This document shows, in pieces, positions 24,402 through 35,850 of a stretch of 59,169 bases of DNA (positions are counted from its first letter, which is position 1; each line of letters begins with the position of its first letter). Both the position numbers and the translations under genes were made by a program. The notes under the pieces were generated by a model. The model was given only the letters and a program-made list of their open reading frames with translations, was not told the origin of the DNA and ran no database searches. The DNA lies in NCBI RefSeq assembly GCF_001194135.2, contig NC_069000.1, positions 21,302,621-21,361,789 on the forward strand. The letters run 5' to 3'. This DNA is from Octopus bimaculoides. Lineage: Eukaryota.

Positions 24402-24620
24402 CCCCTTTAGCATTTAAAATGGGCAAATCCAGCCCAAATATTTTGTACCTATTTTATGTTCAAACTGGTCAGATCCAGCTTCTCACACCTACCATAGAAT
24501 GTAATTCTAAAAATAAGCAATCACATCGTTGAAATCTTGAAGCAATGAGATAATGCACAATTAATTCAAAACAATCTGAAAAAATATGCATTACATTTGA
24601 CAGGGTAATCTGAATGCTAT
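24402..24620 (-). mobile_element. piggyBac-type MITE in opposite orientation
   Basis: TTAA|cccctttagcatttaaa followed by the reverse complement of the family body. Confidence 0.75.
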
Positions 24621-24824
24621 AGTTTCATACATATGAACTGATTATAAAAAAGAATTCCAAATATAAGAATCTGTTGAGAATTAAGCTCTCAGTTGATTGA
24701 ATACTTTGTTTAAATGATTACTAACATGACACAGATCAACCCAAACAAGTCTGATGTGCAGAGTGCACACAACAACAACAACAACAATAACAAGAAACGG
24801 CATTTACAGAATTTATAGACTTAC

Positions 24825-25005
24825 ACCACTGAAATGTTTTCCTTGAACTCCACATTTGTTGACTATGGAGATTCTTTCAAACATTGGAGACAGATCAATG
24901 TCAGGGGTAGATTTAGTCTCGTCAATATCTGGAACGGTCTCTGCTCTTTTCCAACAGCGATTTGCTTCATCTTCAGGTTCATTATAGTGCATCCAAGGAC
25001 TGGAA
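24825..25005 (-). CDS. AMPD2: AMP deaminase coding exon upstream of the 21925-22117 exon, 181 nt, phase 2 in and phase 0 out
   Basis: Strong pyrimidine tract ccttcttctctttctctttgtctAG and donor GGT|GTAAGT. It encodes SSPWMHYNEPEDEANRCWKRAETVPDIDETKSTPDIDLSPMFERISIVNKCGVQGKHFSG. FERISI...G corresponds to the FQRVxI...G motif that precedes VPxxDL in AMPDs, and the splice to 22117 is in frame. Confidence 0.8.
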
Positions 25006-26111
25006 CTAGACAAAGAGAAAGAGAAGAAGGTTAAAAAATGTATAGATTTTTTTTCCATTTGAAACAAACTAAAATGATGAGCCACCATGGTAACTTCTAT
25101 GCAGTCACATGATCAGCTAGAAATAATGGCCAAAACTCCTTCAAATCACACCCTACTTCCCTTAAAAATAGAAGCTACATTGGATAACTTAAATCTGGAT
25201 AGCCTATGACTGAAAAGAATAAAAAAAAAAAGACAAGATAATCACATCTGGAATTCCTTTGGTCATAGCTTTAGTTGATCAGGACTAACCTAGGGCTAAG
25301 CAACAAGTTTAAAATGATAATGTTAAAATACCCAGTTCTGAAAATTATGAAGCAAAGTGAACTATGTCATTTAGGTGCATAAAAATAAACAAAAAAAAAA
25401 AGAAGATAAAACGATAAACCTCAGCCAGTCTCATTCTCTTCAAGCCTAAATAAGAAATAAAGATTAGCAGTTCAAGGAGTTTTAGTTTTAGTGCTTTCCA
25501 GAGCCTCTGGGGCTGGTAGAAGAGAGTGTTACCTTAAAACCTAAGCACTAACACGAATGCTTCTAAAAGGGTGAGTTCTGCTAAAAACCCAAGAACCAAG
25601 TGGTGGTGTTAAACTGGATAATGGATGAAGTCTACTACCCAACAACAAGCGCAGTCTCTCAAACTTCCTTCCACACAGTTTCTGCCTAACAAATTTTACT
25701 CACAAGATTTTGCTTACTTCACGGCTATAGTTGAAAACATTTTAACAAGGTGCCATGCACTGGGATTGAACCTGAGACTATACAGTTGCAAAGTGAACTT
25801 CTTTTTAACCAAATCTTGCCTGTACCTGTATGTTCATACATAAAATAGACAAGCTGACAGAATCATTAGCACAGCAGATGATATGCTTAGCAGTGTTTCT
25901 TCCAACTTTTTACAATGTGAGTTCAGATTCTACTGTGGTCAACTATACCTTTTATCCTTCTAGGGTTGATAAAATAAGTACAACTAAGCACAAGAGGGGG
26001 GGGGGGCATGTAATAAACTCACACCCTGAACCCCACCCTCTGTGCCAAACTTTAAAACCATGTACATGTATATATGCATACCTATACACTTTGTCTACAC
26101 AGATATTTTTC

Positions 26112-26300
26112 TTCTATATTTAAGAGATGAGGAATTATGTACATTATTTACATTATTTACATTTGACGGATATTTGTCCCCATCTTGTTTGTTGTTAACA
26201 CAACGTTTCAACTGATATACCCTCCAGCCTTCATCAGGTGTCTTGGGGAAATTTCGAAACTGGGTTCTCATTCCTAAGGTATTTTTCGATGTTATCATCA

Positions 26301-26332
<32 letters not shown>

Positions 26333-26491
26333 GTTATTGTTCAGGTCACTGCTTGGAATCGAACTCAGAATCTTGGGGCTAGTAGCCCGTGCTCTTAACC
26401 ACTATGCTATATGCTTGTGGGCATATGGCATAGTGGTTAACAACAAACAAGATGAGGACAAATATCCGTTGAATGTAAATAATGTAAATAA
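26112..26491 (-). mobile_element. tRNA-headed short element carrying a minimal hammerhead ribozyme motif and an inverted partial copy (Penelope-associated or retrozyme-like SINE)
   Basis: Minus strand: head gcatagtggttaagagcacgggctactagccccaagattctgagttcgattcc (A and B boxes), (AAT)n linker, hammerhead core, and 55-bp inverted arms at 26144-26198 and 26437-26491. Confidence 0.7.
26197..26242 (-). ncRNA. Minimal type I hammerhead ribozyme motif
   Basis: gacac-CTGATGA-a-ggctg-gagggtatat-cagtt-GAAAC-GTT-gtgtt. Stem I is 5 bp, stem II is 5 bp with two G.U pairs, stem III is palindromic and loopless (AACGTT), and the predicted cleavage is after GUU. Confidence 0.65.
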
Positions 26492-27399
26492 AGATCTCTT
26501 TCTTGTTCTCTCTGGACATTTATAATTAGATATATATGCATGGGCTTCTGTGTATATGCAATTTTTGTAATTAAGTGTATAGACATGTAAGGTGTATAAA
26601 GGTAAATGCATGTATATAAATATACTGTTATACACAGGGATGCATATAATTGTATGTATGTGCATTTTGACATGCTTGTGCATGTATTTGCCCATGCATG
26701 TGTGTATTATTATGTATGATTAAATAGTTGGATGAAAGTATATGTGCAAGTGTCTACATATATGTGTGTGTACATGCATGTATACGTAAGTGTGCACATA
26801 TGTACATACAATCATGTGTACATGTATACCTACATACATATATACAATCATAACAGCAATAAAAGCTTGCTAGCATTGCCTTGAACTGGAAATAATAGAG
26901 CTTTGGTTAAATCTGGTTTGTGATTTATTAATCAATAATATATGTTGATGTTTGGATATCAAATACTTGGGGCTTGTTGAGTCTGATGAATAGAGCTATC
27001 AAATAACCAAGCTTCTATATCAAAAAAAAGAATGGCCAAGAGGTAGCCTGCTAGAGATAGCAGGTAAATCTCCCTAAAATGATACCCATCCAATTCATAA
27101 ATAAGAATGCATTGAATACGTATTCCTAGGTATACTGTGTCTTAAAAAGATAGAGTAGTTACAACCGGAAGTCCTTTGGTTATCAGTCTGATGGATCAGG
27201 GTGTACAGTCCAACATAATTCCATGATATGCTGTATTTGAGAATTTTATTTAACCTGGATCAGTTGTCTAGTAAGTAGTTAAGCAGTTTTTAGCAGTAAT
27301 TCATAATTTATGAGAAATTTTAAGGTAGAATTTTGAAATTCCAGTAGGGAACTTGTTTGCAGGTTGAAAAAATTCCTTAACATCATTCATGCTGTTATC

Positions 27400-27630
27400 A
27401 TCATCATTATCAACATTTACCGTTCGTTTTCCATGCTGGCATGGGTTGGACAGCTTGACAGGAACTGGCAAAGCCAGGGGTTGCACCAGGTTCCACAGTC
27501 TGGTTTAGATTGGTTTCTACAGCTGGATGCACTTTCTAATGCCAACCACTTTACAGGGTGTACTGGGTGCTTTTTACATGGCACCAGCACCCACACCAAC
27601 ACTTTTTACATCGCACCTTGGTTTTAGGAT
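27400..27630 (-). mobile_element. RTE LINE 3' UTR fragment
   Basis: catcatcat...ttccatgctggcatgggttgga...ctacagctggatgc. Confidence 0.75.
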
Positions 27631-27845
27631 TTCAATTCTGTTGTGGTAGGCAGGTCTCCTCAAGTGCAGCAATGTGTGACATACCTTGATCCTTTATCAT
27701 CTCCTTCATAAGGTTCAGTGTTTTGAGATTGGGCTTCAATACTTCATCCTAATATGTTCATTTTCAACAAATTTATTCTCCTTTCAAGGACACTGATGTT
27801 AAATTAATATATAAGGCTATTGATGTTATGAAATATATTTTGTTG

Positions 27846-28285
27846 GTGCAGGAGTGGCTGTGTAGTAAGTAGCTTGCCAACCATATGGTTCCGGGTTCAG
27901 TCCCACTGCATGGCACCTTGGGCAAGTGTCTTCTACTATAGCCTCGGGCCGACCAAAGCCTTGTGAGTGGATTTGGTAAACGGAAACTGAAAAGAAGCCC
28001 NNNNNNNNNNNNNNNNNNNNNNNNNNNNNNNNNNNNNNNNNNNNNNTATATATATATATATATATATATGTATATGTATATGTTTGTGTCTGTGTTTGTC
28101 CCCCCACCATCGCTTGACAACTGATGCTGGTGTGTTTACGTCCCCGTAACTTAGCAGTTCAGCAAAAAGAGGCTGATAGAATAAGTACTAGGCTTACAAA
28201 GAATAAGTCCTGAGGTCGATTTGCTCGACTAAAGGCGGTGCTCCAGCATGGCTGCAGTCAAACGACTGAAACAAGTAAAAGAGTA
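27846..28285 (+). mobile_element. SINE family A, full length, internal gap
   Basis: Head, core and tail ending aacaagtaaaagagta. Confidence 0.9.
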
Positions 28286-28677
28286 TACAGGAGTTGTTTT
28301 CTTATATGAGGAGAGAAATCGGGCAGCAAACTGATGAAGACGAAAGGTGAAGATGAAGACATGCAGAAAAAAGATTAAGAAACACTAACATTAACACACA
28401 TATACACATAGATACAGACATGGTTGTGTGGTAAGAAGCTTGCTTTCCAACCACATGGTTCCAGTTTCAGCCTTACTGTGTGGCATGTTGAGCAGGTGTC
28501 TTCCACTAAAGTCTTGAGTGAATTTGGTAGACAGAAACTGAAAGAAGTCCATTGTATATGTGTGTGTGTACACACACATTATAACCGAAAGGTTCCTATT
28601 ACCAGCACTCAGAGTTCCTTGCTTCCAATCATCAGCTGGCAAACCAAGCCTGCTTTTCTTTTCAAATACCCACTATA

Positions 28678-29096
28678 CTCTTTTACTTGTTTCAGTCATT
28701 TGATTGTGGCCATGCTGGAGCACCGCCTTTTAGTCGAGCTAATCGACCCCAGGACTTATTCTTTGTAAGCCTAGTACTTATTCTATCGGTCTCTTTAGCC
28801 GAACCCCTAAGTTACGGGGATGTAAACACACCAGCATCGGTTGTCAAGCGATGTTGGGGGGACAAACACAGGCACACAAACACAGACACACAAACATATA
28901 CACACACATACATATATATGTATACATATATACGATGGGCTTCTTTCAGTTTCCGTCTACCAAATCCACTCACAAGGCTTTGGTCGGCCTGAGGCTATAG
29001 TAGAAGACACTTGCCCAAAGTGCCACGCAGTGGGACTGAACCCGGAACCATGTGGTTGGTAAGCAAGCTACTTACCACACAGCCACTCCTACGCCT
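28678..29096 (-). mobile_element. SINE family A, full length
   Basis: Reverse complement of 34888-35318 with high similarity. Confidence 0.9.
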
Positions 29097-29269
29097 ATCT
29101 GAATATTTTTTTGAAATATGAAATGAAACTTTGAGGAAAAGACTTATCTTTAGGTTCTTTGGTTGAGAAATACCCTTGTGAATGATACATGCAAAAATAG
29201 CTGTTTCATGCTCATATTTTTGATTTCATTTCTGCTTCTCATGATAATATCATAAATGTCTTAAGGGTG

Positions 29270-29480
29270 GTGAAATGGCAAGATCATTAGCACAAATTGT
29301 AAAGACGGACAAAATGCTAAGCAGCATTTCATCAAATCTTTACATTTTGAGTTTGAATTTGCCTTTCGTCCTTTCAGCGTTGATAAAATAAGTAGCAGTT
29401 GTGTACTGGGACTGATTTAATCGAAATAATCCATTCCCAGAAATTGCTGGCCTTGTGCGAAAATCTGAAATCAATATTAT
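29270..29480 (+). mobile_element. SINE family B, diverged
   Basis: gtgaaatggcaagatcattagc...tttgagtttgaatttgcctttc...gataaaataagta. Confidence 0.65.
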
Positions 29481-30537
29481 AAATGTCTTAAACTCCATAT
29501 GAGTGAAGTCATGAAATTGCGTCATTTTAAAGTAATACTATTAATTAATATTTTTAAAAACAATGAGTGAGTATGTGTGTGTTCCTATTGCATGCACCTG
29601 TGCAGATGCACACATATATATTAATGCACTCATACACACACATATATATTAATGCACTCATACACACATATATCTATATACATAGAATCATATATGCATG
29701 CATACATATACACATATGCATATACATACATATCCACATATAAACTCACACCTACACATAATAAAGCATATCAAAATGTTCTTAGAATCAACCCAACCAT
29801 ACATAAAAAGTGGAATTATTTATTTCAAAATATCTAGAAAGTTTCAGGATTTTCCACTCAAATTCACATGACTTATTGATTTTTTAAAAAACATCTAACT
29901 GTTTTTCTTTTATTTTCCTTCCTCTTTGTAAAACAAGGTATTTTCTTAGCTTCAGAGCTTTAGTAATCTCTTATTTCTTAATCTATAAAATCTCACTAGA
30001 AAACAATTTAAAGCAATGTTTCTTTTCACATCTTTTTTTAAACTACCATGGATTGGATCTATCCAATGTTTATATGCTTCCATTACTGGTTTGCATATTT
30101 TTGTGAACTACATCTGCCAACATTATGAATTGACTCTGAACCCCAGAAACAGTTGTCAAACCTATAATGCCATACCTTCTCCCTTTTAATTTTTCTGTGT
30201 CTTTGTACTCAATGTAAATTTGCTCTGGTAATATATAAATACCTGTATATTCATCATCATCATCATCATCATATAAATAATCATCATCTGAAAATGTTCA
30301 GTCTTTGCTTTCTCTCTATTTACATGTATAAATATAAGTATATTTTATATATCTAACCGAAGCAGTTTTATTTGTTTATTTGCATCATTATCTCATTATC
30401 TTATCTGCTCACCTGGATTCCTCTTATAGCCATTCTTTACCCCGCAGACTTAGTCCTCAGTAAGATGAGATCTAGTCTAGTGATGTTTTCTATATTCAGC
30501 ATCACTAGACTAGATCTCATCTATTGATTATATATAT

Positions 30538-30591
30538 ACTAGCAGAAATACCTGGTGTTACTTGGGATTAAAATGGCATAGTTTGTATGTA

Positions 30592-30632
<41 letters not shown>

Positions 30633-30770
30633 CAGTTATGTTGAAACAGGTGATACGGGGAAAGTGCAGCATTGACGACAAAACATTTGTGGACTAAATG
30701 ATGGGCTAATTCGACTAAGCGACATGCCATGTGTCTGTTTGGAGTATTTCAGGCCCTAACCGGTCATGGA
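30538..30770 (+). mobile_element. Possible non-autonomous Helitron 5' end
   Basis: Begins tACTAGCagaaatacctggtgttacttggg, resembling CTAG-starting Lep1-like Helitron termini, and has an internal (TA)n. No 3' terminus was confirmed. Confidence 0.3.
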
Positions 30771-30831
30771 AAATTGGGGGTGGGGGGTTTCAGTGCCAAT
30801 GTTATACTGTTTTAATCCAAATGAGAAAAAA

Positions 30832-31710
30832 GGTGACCAACTAGATGACCAAGTTAGCAGTGATGGAGGCTGTTCCAAAAGTATAGCAGCTAGAATAAGA
30901 ATGGGCTGGGCAAGGTTCAGAGGGCTACCACCTCTGTTTGAGTCTCTCCCTCAAAGTGAAAGGCAGATTGTATGATACCTATAAGCAAACAACTATGCTA
31001 CATGGCAATAGGACAAGGGCTGTTGTAGCTACTGAATACATGCAAAGGCTTAAAAGAAATGAAGCCTATATGCTCCGCTGGATGGGTAATGTCAGTGTGC
31101 ATGTACAACAGAGTGTAAGTGATTTGAGAGGAAAACTAGGTACATGGGGCATCAGCATCAAATGCAGTGTGCAAGAAAGAAGACTGCACTAGTATGGTCA
31201 TGTAAATCATATGGATGAGAACAGCTGCATCAAGAAGTGCCAATATCAAATTGTGGAGGAAATGGGTGGATGGGGTAGACCCAGGAAGATGTGGGATGAA
31301 GTGGGGAGAAACAATCTTCAAATGTTGAGCCTTATAGAGAGGATGCCAAGAGACTGAGACTTCTGGCAGTTTGCTGTGCTTGAGAAAACAAGTCAAGCTA
31401 AGTAAAATCGTGGTTGCCCTAGCATAAAGGCTTGTCTCCTATATCTCTTTCCGGCTGAGCAATCCTAATCTTGCAGGCTTGAGGGTGCTAGTGCCACATG
31501 AAAAGCACCCATGCCAGTGCCACGTAAAAGCACCCATACAGGTGCTGTGTAAAAGCACCCAGTACACTCTGTAAAGTGGTGTTAGGAAGGGCATCCAGCT
31601 GTAGAATCCATGCCAAAACAGACATGGAGCCCAGGCATCTCTTCAGCGGGCCAGCTCCCGTCAAACCGTCCAACCCATACCAGCATTGAAAACAGACACT
31701 AAATGAAGAA
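30832..31710 (+). mobile_element. RTE LINE 3' part (post-RT domain and 3' UTR)
   Basis: Encodes DQVSSDGGCSKSIAARIRMGWARF, SLKVKGRLYD, MLRWM, VQERRLH*YGHV, GRPRKMWDEV and FAVLEKT, followed by a UTR with tandem gtgccacgtaaaagcaccca units. Confidence 0.9.
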
Positions 31711-32360
31711 TGTAAAAAAAACAGGAAAAGAAATTCTGAATTCAAAATTCCAGAGGTCAAGTCTGACTTTCAACCTTCCTGAGCTGATCTCAGATAAGTA
31801 CCATTCAAGTACATGAGTTAATCCTAATCAACTAAATACCTCTCTCCTTTACCATCATCCCTATGTTTCATTATTATATTATCTCTACTATTATTATTTG
31901 TCTCATTCTTATCCTTATTTCAAATAAAGTTCACAATAGCTGTTAGACTAAATATTTTGAAGGTCAAACCAGTTAACATCCTTAAAATACAGCTGAAACA
32001 GGGAAGGCCATTTGACAATTTTATAGACACAATCCAGTTTTGGTTTGAATTTACTTATAGTGAATAGGGTTTTGAATTCCATCACAGAAATGGAATTTGT
32101 GTTGACCTAAATTTTAAAACCCCATGATAGTTTGTTTGAAAAATCTGACATTAAGTTAATTCAGTAGTCTTAGAAACAACAGAAGGCTGTACTAAATACA
32201 TTCTGGTAGTTAGTTATGACTATTTAATGTTCTGAATCAAGCCCACCACAATTGACTTAATTTTCCTTACATCCCTCCATAGAAAATTAAATACATACCA
32301 CCAGTGTACTGAAGTCTATACAACTGACTACATTCTTCATGTACAAATATGTAGTTTTAA

Positions 32361-32570
32361 CCCTTTAGCATTCAGATTATTCTGTCAAATGCAATGCTTT
32401 TCCAATTACATTGTTTTTAATTAATCATACATTATCTTAAAGCTTTGAAATTTTGATGATGTGATTATATATTTTTAAAATAGCATTGTAGGGTAGGTGT
32501 GACAGGCTGGATCTGGCTGGCTAGAAAGAAAAACAGGTGGCATATTTGGGCCAGTTTAAATGCTATGGGG
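32361..32570 (+). mobile_element. piggyBac-type MITE
   Basis: TTAA|ccctttagcatt...aatgctatgggg|ctaa. Confidence 0.8.
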
Positions 32571-32589
32571 CTAAACCAAGTACCTTTTA

Positions 32590-32891
32590 TCTTTTATCTT
32601 CAACTTGTTTCAGTCATTAAACTGCAGCCGTGCTAAGGCACTGTCTTGAAGAATTTTTTTTTAGCTGAATGTATCGACTCCAGTACGTTTTTTTTTTTTT
32701 TAAGCCTGGNNNNNNNNNNNNNNNNNNNNNNNNNNNNNNNNNNNNNNNNNNNNNNNNNNNNNNNNNNNNNNNNNNNNNNNNNNNNNNNNNNNNNNNNNNN
32801 NNNNNNNNNNNNNNNNNNNNNNNNNNNNNNNNNNNNNNNNNNNNNNNNNNNNNNNNNNNNNNNNNNNNNNNNNNNNNNNNNNNNNNNNNNN

Positions 32892-32954
<63 letters not shown>

Positions 32955-33100
32955 TGGCTTCTTTCAGTTTCTGTCTCCCAAATCCACTCACAAAGCATTG
33001 GTGGGCTTGAGGCTATAGTAAAAGATACTTTTCCAAGGTGCCATGCAGTGAGACTAAACCTGGAACCATGTGGTTGGGAGGTAAGCTTCTTACCACATAG
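32590..33100 (-). mobile_element. SINE family A with internal gap
   Basis: Tail at 32590 and head at about 33100. Confidence 0.75.
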
Positions 33101-33384
33101 CAATGCTGCAAATATTAGAAGTATACTCTGACTACAAAATGATAAATGCAAAAATCAGTTTCCTCACAATTTTGACAAGATCCAAGTTCCAAATTACAGT
33201 GAGTTGTCACAGAGACCACTATTTCAAGATTGTCTTCAAGTAATGTATATAGGACAGACATTCATAACATGATTGGTATCAGCAATGCAAATTAGGTAAT
33301 TAATTATACAATTAGAGTTATGAGCAGGACAAAACAATGGAAAATCACTCTAGAGAATTCCTTCCTTGGATAAATAAGTAGTAT

Positions 33385-33750
33385 AGGCACAGGCATGGCT
33401 GTGTGGTAAGAAGCTTGCTTCCGGGTTCAGTCCCACTGCGTGGCACCTTGGGCAAGTGTCTCCTACTATAGCCTCAGGCTGACCAAACCCTTGTGAGTGG
33501 ATGTGGCAGACAGAAACTAAAAGAAACCCATTGTGTGTGTGTGTGTGTGTCTTGTGTTTGTGCCCCACCACCACTTGACAACTGTTGTTGGTGTGTTTAC
33601 ATCCCCATAACTTAGTGGTTTCAGCGACAGGCTTAAAAAAAAAAGAAAATAAAAGAAGAACTGGAGTTGATTCATTTGACTAAGAATTCTTCAAGGTGGT
33701 GCCCCAGCATGGCCACAGTCTAATGACTGAAGCAAGTAAAAAATAAAAGA
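33385..33750 (+). mobile_element. SINE family A
   Basis: gcatggctgtgtggtaagaagcttgc...gcaagtaaaaaataaaaga. Confidence 0.8.
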
Positions 33751-34024
33751 TATGAAAATATGATCTTTAGTTCAATGATCCAATAGACTAGCAGGACTAT
33801 AGACATAAACAACAGTACTCTCTTCCGTATAAACTTTGACATACATTTTTCATAGTACAAAAACTAATTCAGGTTTATGAAATGGTAAATCAATATATAA
33901 TTCTGACAAAAGAAATTTCCCAGTTATAAGTAAAGTCATGCTTTGTGTCTTATTTTGCTATTGTTTGTAAAGAATAAGTTGTGTGAGTATCTAGATTAAC
34001 TGAAAGTAGCAGCCAGTTCATTAA

Positions 34025-34752
34025 CCCTTTAGCATTTAAATACTCTCTTTACTCTTTACTCTTTTACTTGTTTCAGTCATTTGACTGTGGCCATGCTGGA
34101 GCACCGCCTTTAGTCGAGCAAATCAACCCCAGNNNNNNNNNNACCGCCTTTAGTCGAGCAAATCAACCCCAGGACTTATTCTTTGTAAGCCTAGTACTTA
34201 TTCTATCGGTTTTCTTTTGCCGAACCGCTAACTTACAAGGACATAAACATACCACCATCGGTTGTCAAGCGATGTTGGTGGGGAGGGTTGACAAACACAG
34301 ACACACGAACACACACACACATATATATATATAGATATATATATACATATATACGACAGGCTTCTTTCAGTGTCCGCCTACCAAATTCACTCACAAGGCC
34401 TTGGTCGGCCCGAGGCTATATCAGAAGGCACTTGCCCAAGGTGCCATGCAGTGGGACTGAACCCGGAACCATGTCGTTGGTAAGCAAGCTATTTACCACA
34501 CAGCCACTTTTGTGCCTATAATCAGCCATATTCAACCAAAACAGGCCTCCTATTTTACGTTCAAACTGGCTTGGTCTATTTTATGTTCAAACTGGCCTGA
34601 TCTAACCTCTCACACCTACCCTACAATGTCATTCTAAAAATAGACAATAACATCATCAATAATCTCAAAGCTATGAGACAGTATATGATTACTTCAAAAT
34701 AATATGAATAAATAAGCAGAACACTTGATGGGGTAATCTGAATGCTGAAGAG
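34025..34752 (-). mobile_element. piggyBac-type MITE split by a SINE
   Basis: TTAA|ccctttagcatttaaa at 34021-34040; the body resumes at about 34521 and ends aatgctgaagag|ttac. Confidence 0.7.
34041..34517 (-). mobile_element. SINE family A nested in a MITE
   Basis: Full-length reverse copy. Confidence 0.85.
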
Positions 34753-34887
34753 TTACATGGGGAGGGAAGAAAACAACAGATAACATCAGTAAGTTGGCTC
34801 TATGTAACAAATGAATGATAGGGGTTGAGCAGAAAACGAACTTCAGCTGTAGATGGTTCCAAGATTCAGAATAGAATCGAAAAATCT

Positions 34888-35059
34888 AGGCGCAGGAGTG
34901 GCTGTGTGGTAAGTAGCTTGCTTACCAACCACATAGTTCCGGGTTCAGTCCCACTGCGTGGCATCTTGGGCAAGCGTCTTCTACTATAGCCTCGGGCAGA
35001 CCAAAGCCTTGTGAGTGGATTTGGTAGACGGAAACTGAAAGAAGCCCGTCGTATATATG

Positions 35060-35108
<49 letters not shown>

Positions 35109-35318
35109 TTGTGTGCCTGTGTTTGTCCCCCTAGCATTGCTTGACAACCGATGCTGGTGTGTTTATGTCCCCGTCACTTAGCGGTTCGGCAAAATAGACC
35201 GATAGAATAAGTACTAGGCTTACAAAGAATAAGTCCCGGGGTCGATTTGCTTGACTAAAGGCGGTGCTCCAGCATGGCCACAGTCAAATGACTGAAATAA
35301 GTAAAAGAGTAAAGAGTA
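34888..35318 (+). mobile_element. SINE family A, young full-length copy
   Basis: aggcgcaggagtggctgtgtggtaagtagcttgc...gtaaaagagtaaagag, with many CpGs retained. Confidence 0.92.
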
Positions 35319-35328
35319 TATGACTTAA

Positions 35329-35545
35329 CCCTTTAGCATTCAGATTACTCTGTCAAAGTAACACTTATATACTCACATTGTTTTGAATTAACCATGTATT
35401 ATCTCATAGCTTTGAGATTTCAAAGATGTGATTTTATTTTTTTAAGGACATTGCAGGGTAGATGTGATAAGCTGGATCTGGCCAGTTTTGAACATAAAAC
35501 AGGTAGAATATTTAGGCTGATATGGCCAGCTTAAATGCTAAAAGA
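35329..35545 (+). mobile_element. piggyBac-type MITE with TTAA TSD
   Basis: TTAA(35325-28)|ccctttagcatt...aatgctaaaaga|TTAA(35546-49). Confidence 0.85.
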
Positions 35546-35629
35546 TTAATGAGATTAAAGATGTTGGTCATATGTTATTTAAAATGCATGCATAAAGTAA
35601 AGACCTAATGATAAATGTAATCATCACCA

Positions 35630-35850
35630 TCATCATAATCATCATAATCAATTATGTCTGTTTTCAATGCTGGCATGGGTTGAACGGTTTGACAGGAGCT
35701 GGCTAGCTGAAGAGTTGTCCAGGCTCCATGTCTGTTTTGGCATGATTTCTACAGCTGGATGCCCTTCCTAACATCAAATGCTTTACAGAGTGTAGTGGGT
35801 GCTTTTACAGAACACTAATATGGGTGTGTTTACATGGCACCAGCACCCAT
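35630..35850 (-). mobile_element. RTE LINE 3' UTR fragment
   Basis: ctacagctggatgcccttcctaac motif and cat repeats. Confidence 0.75.

Noticed and set aside
26341-26420. tRNA gene (also the heads at 34888, 42658 and 49144)
   Set aside because: A and B boxes are present but there is no complete cloverleaf or acceptor stem; these are repeat heads.
28331-28346. CTGATGA...GAAA as a hammerhead
   Set aside because: Only 4 nt lie between the core halves, so no stem II is possible, and the context is GAA-rich.
34103-34172. Apparent 30-bp direct repeat inside SINE A
   Set aside because: Same unmerged-overlap artefact around a 10-N gap.
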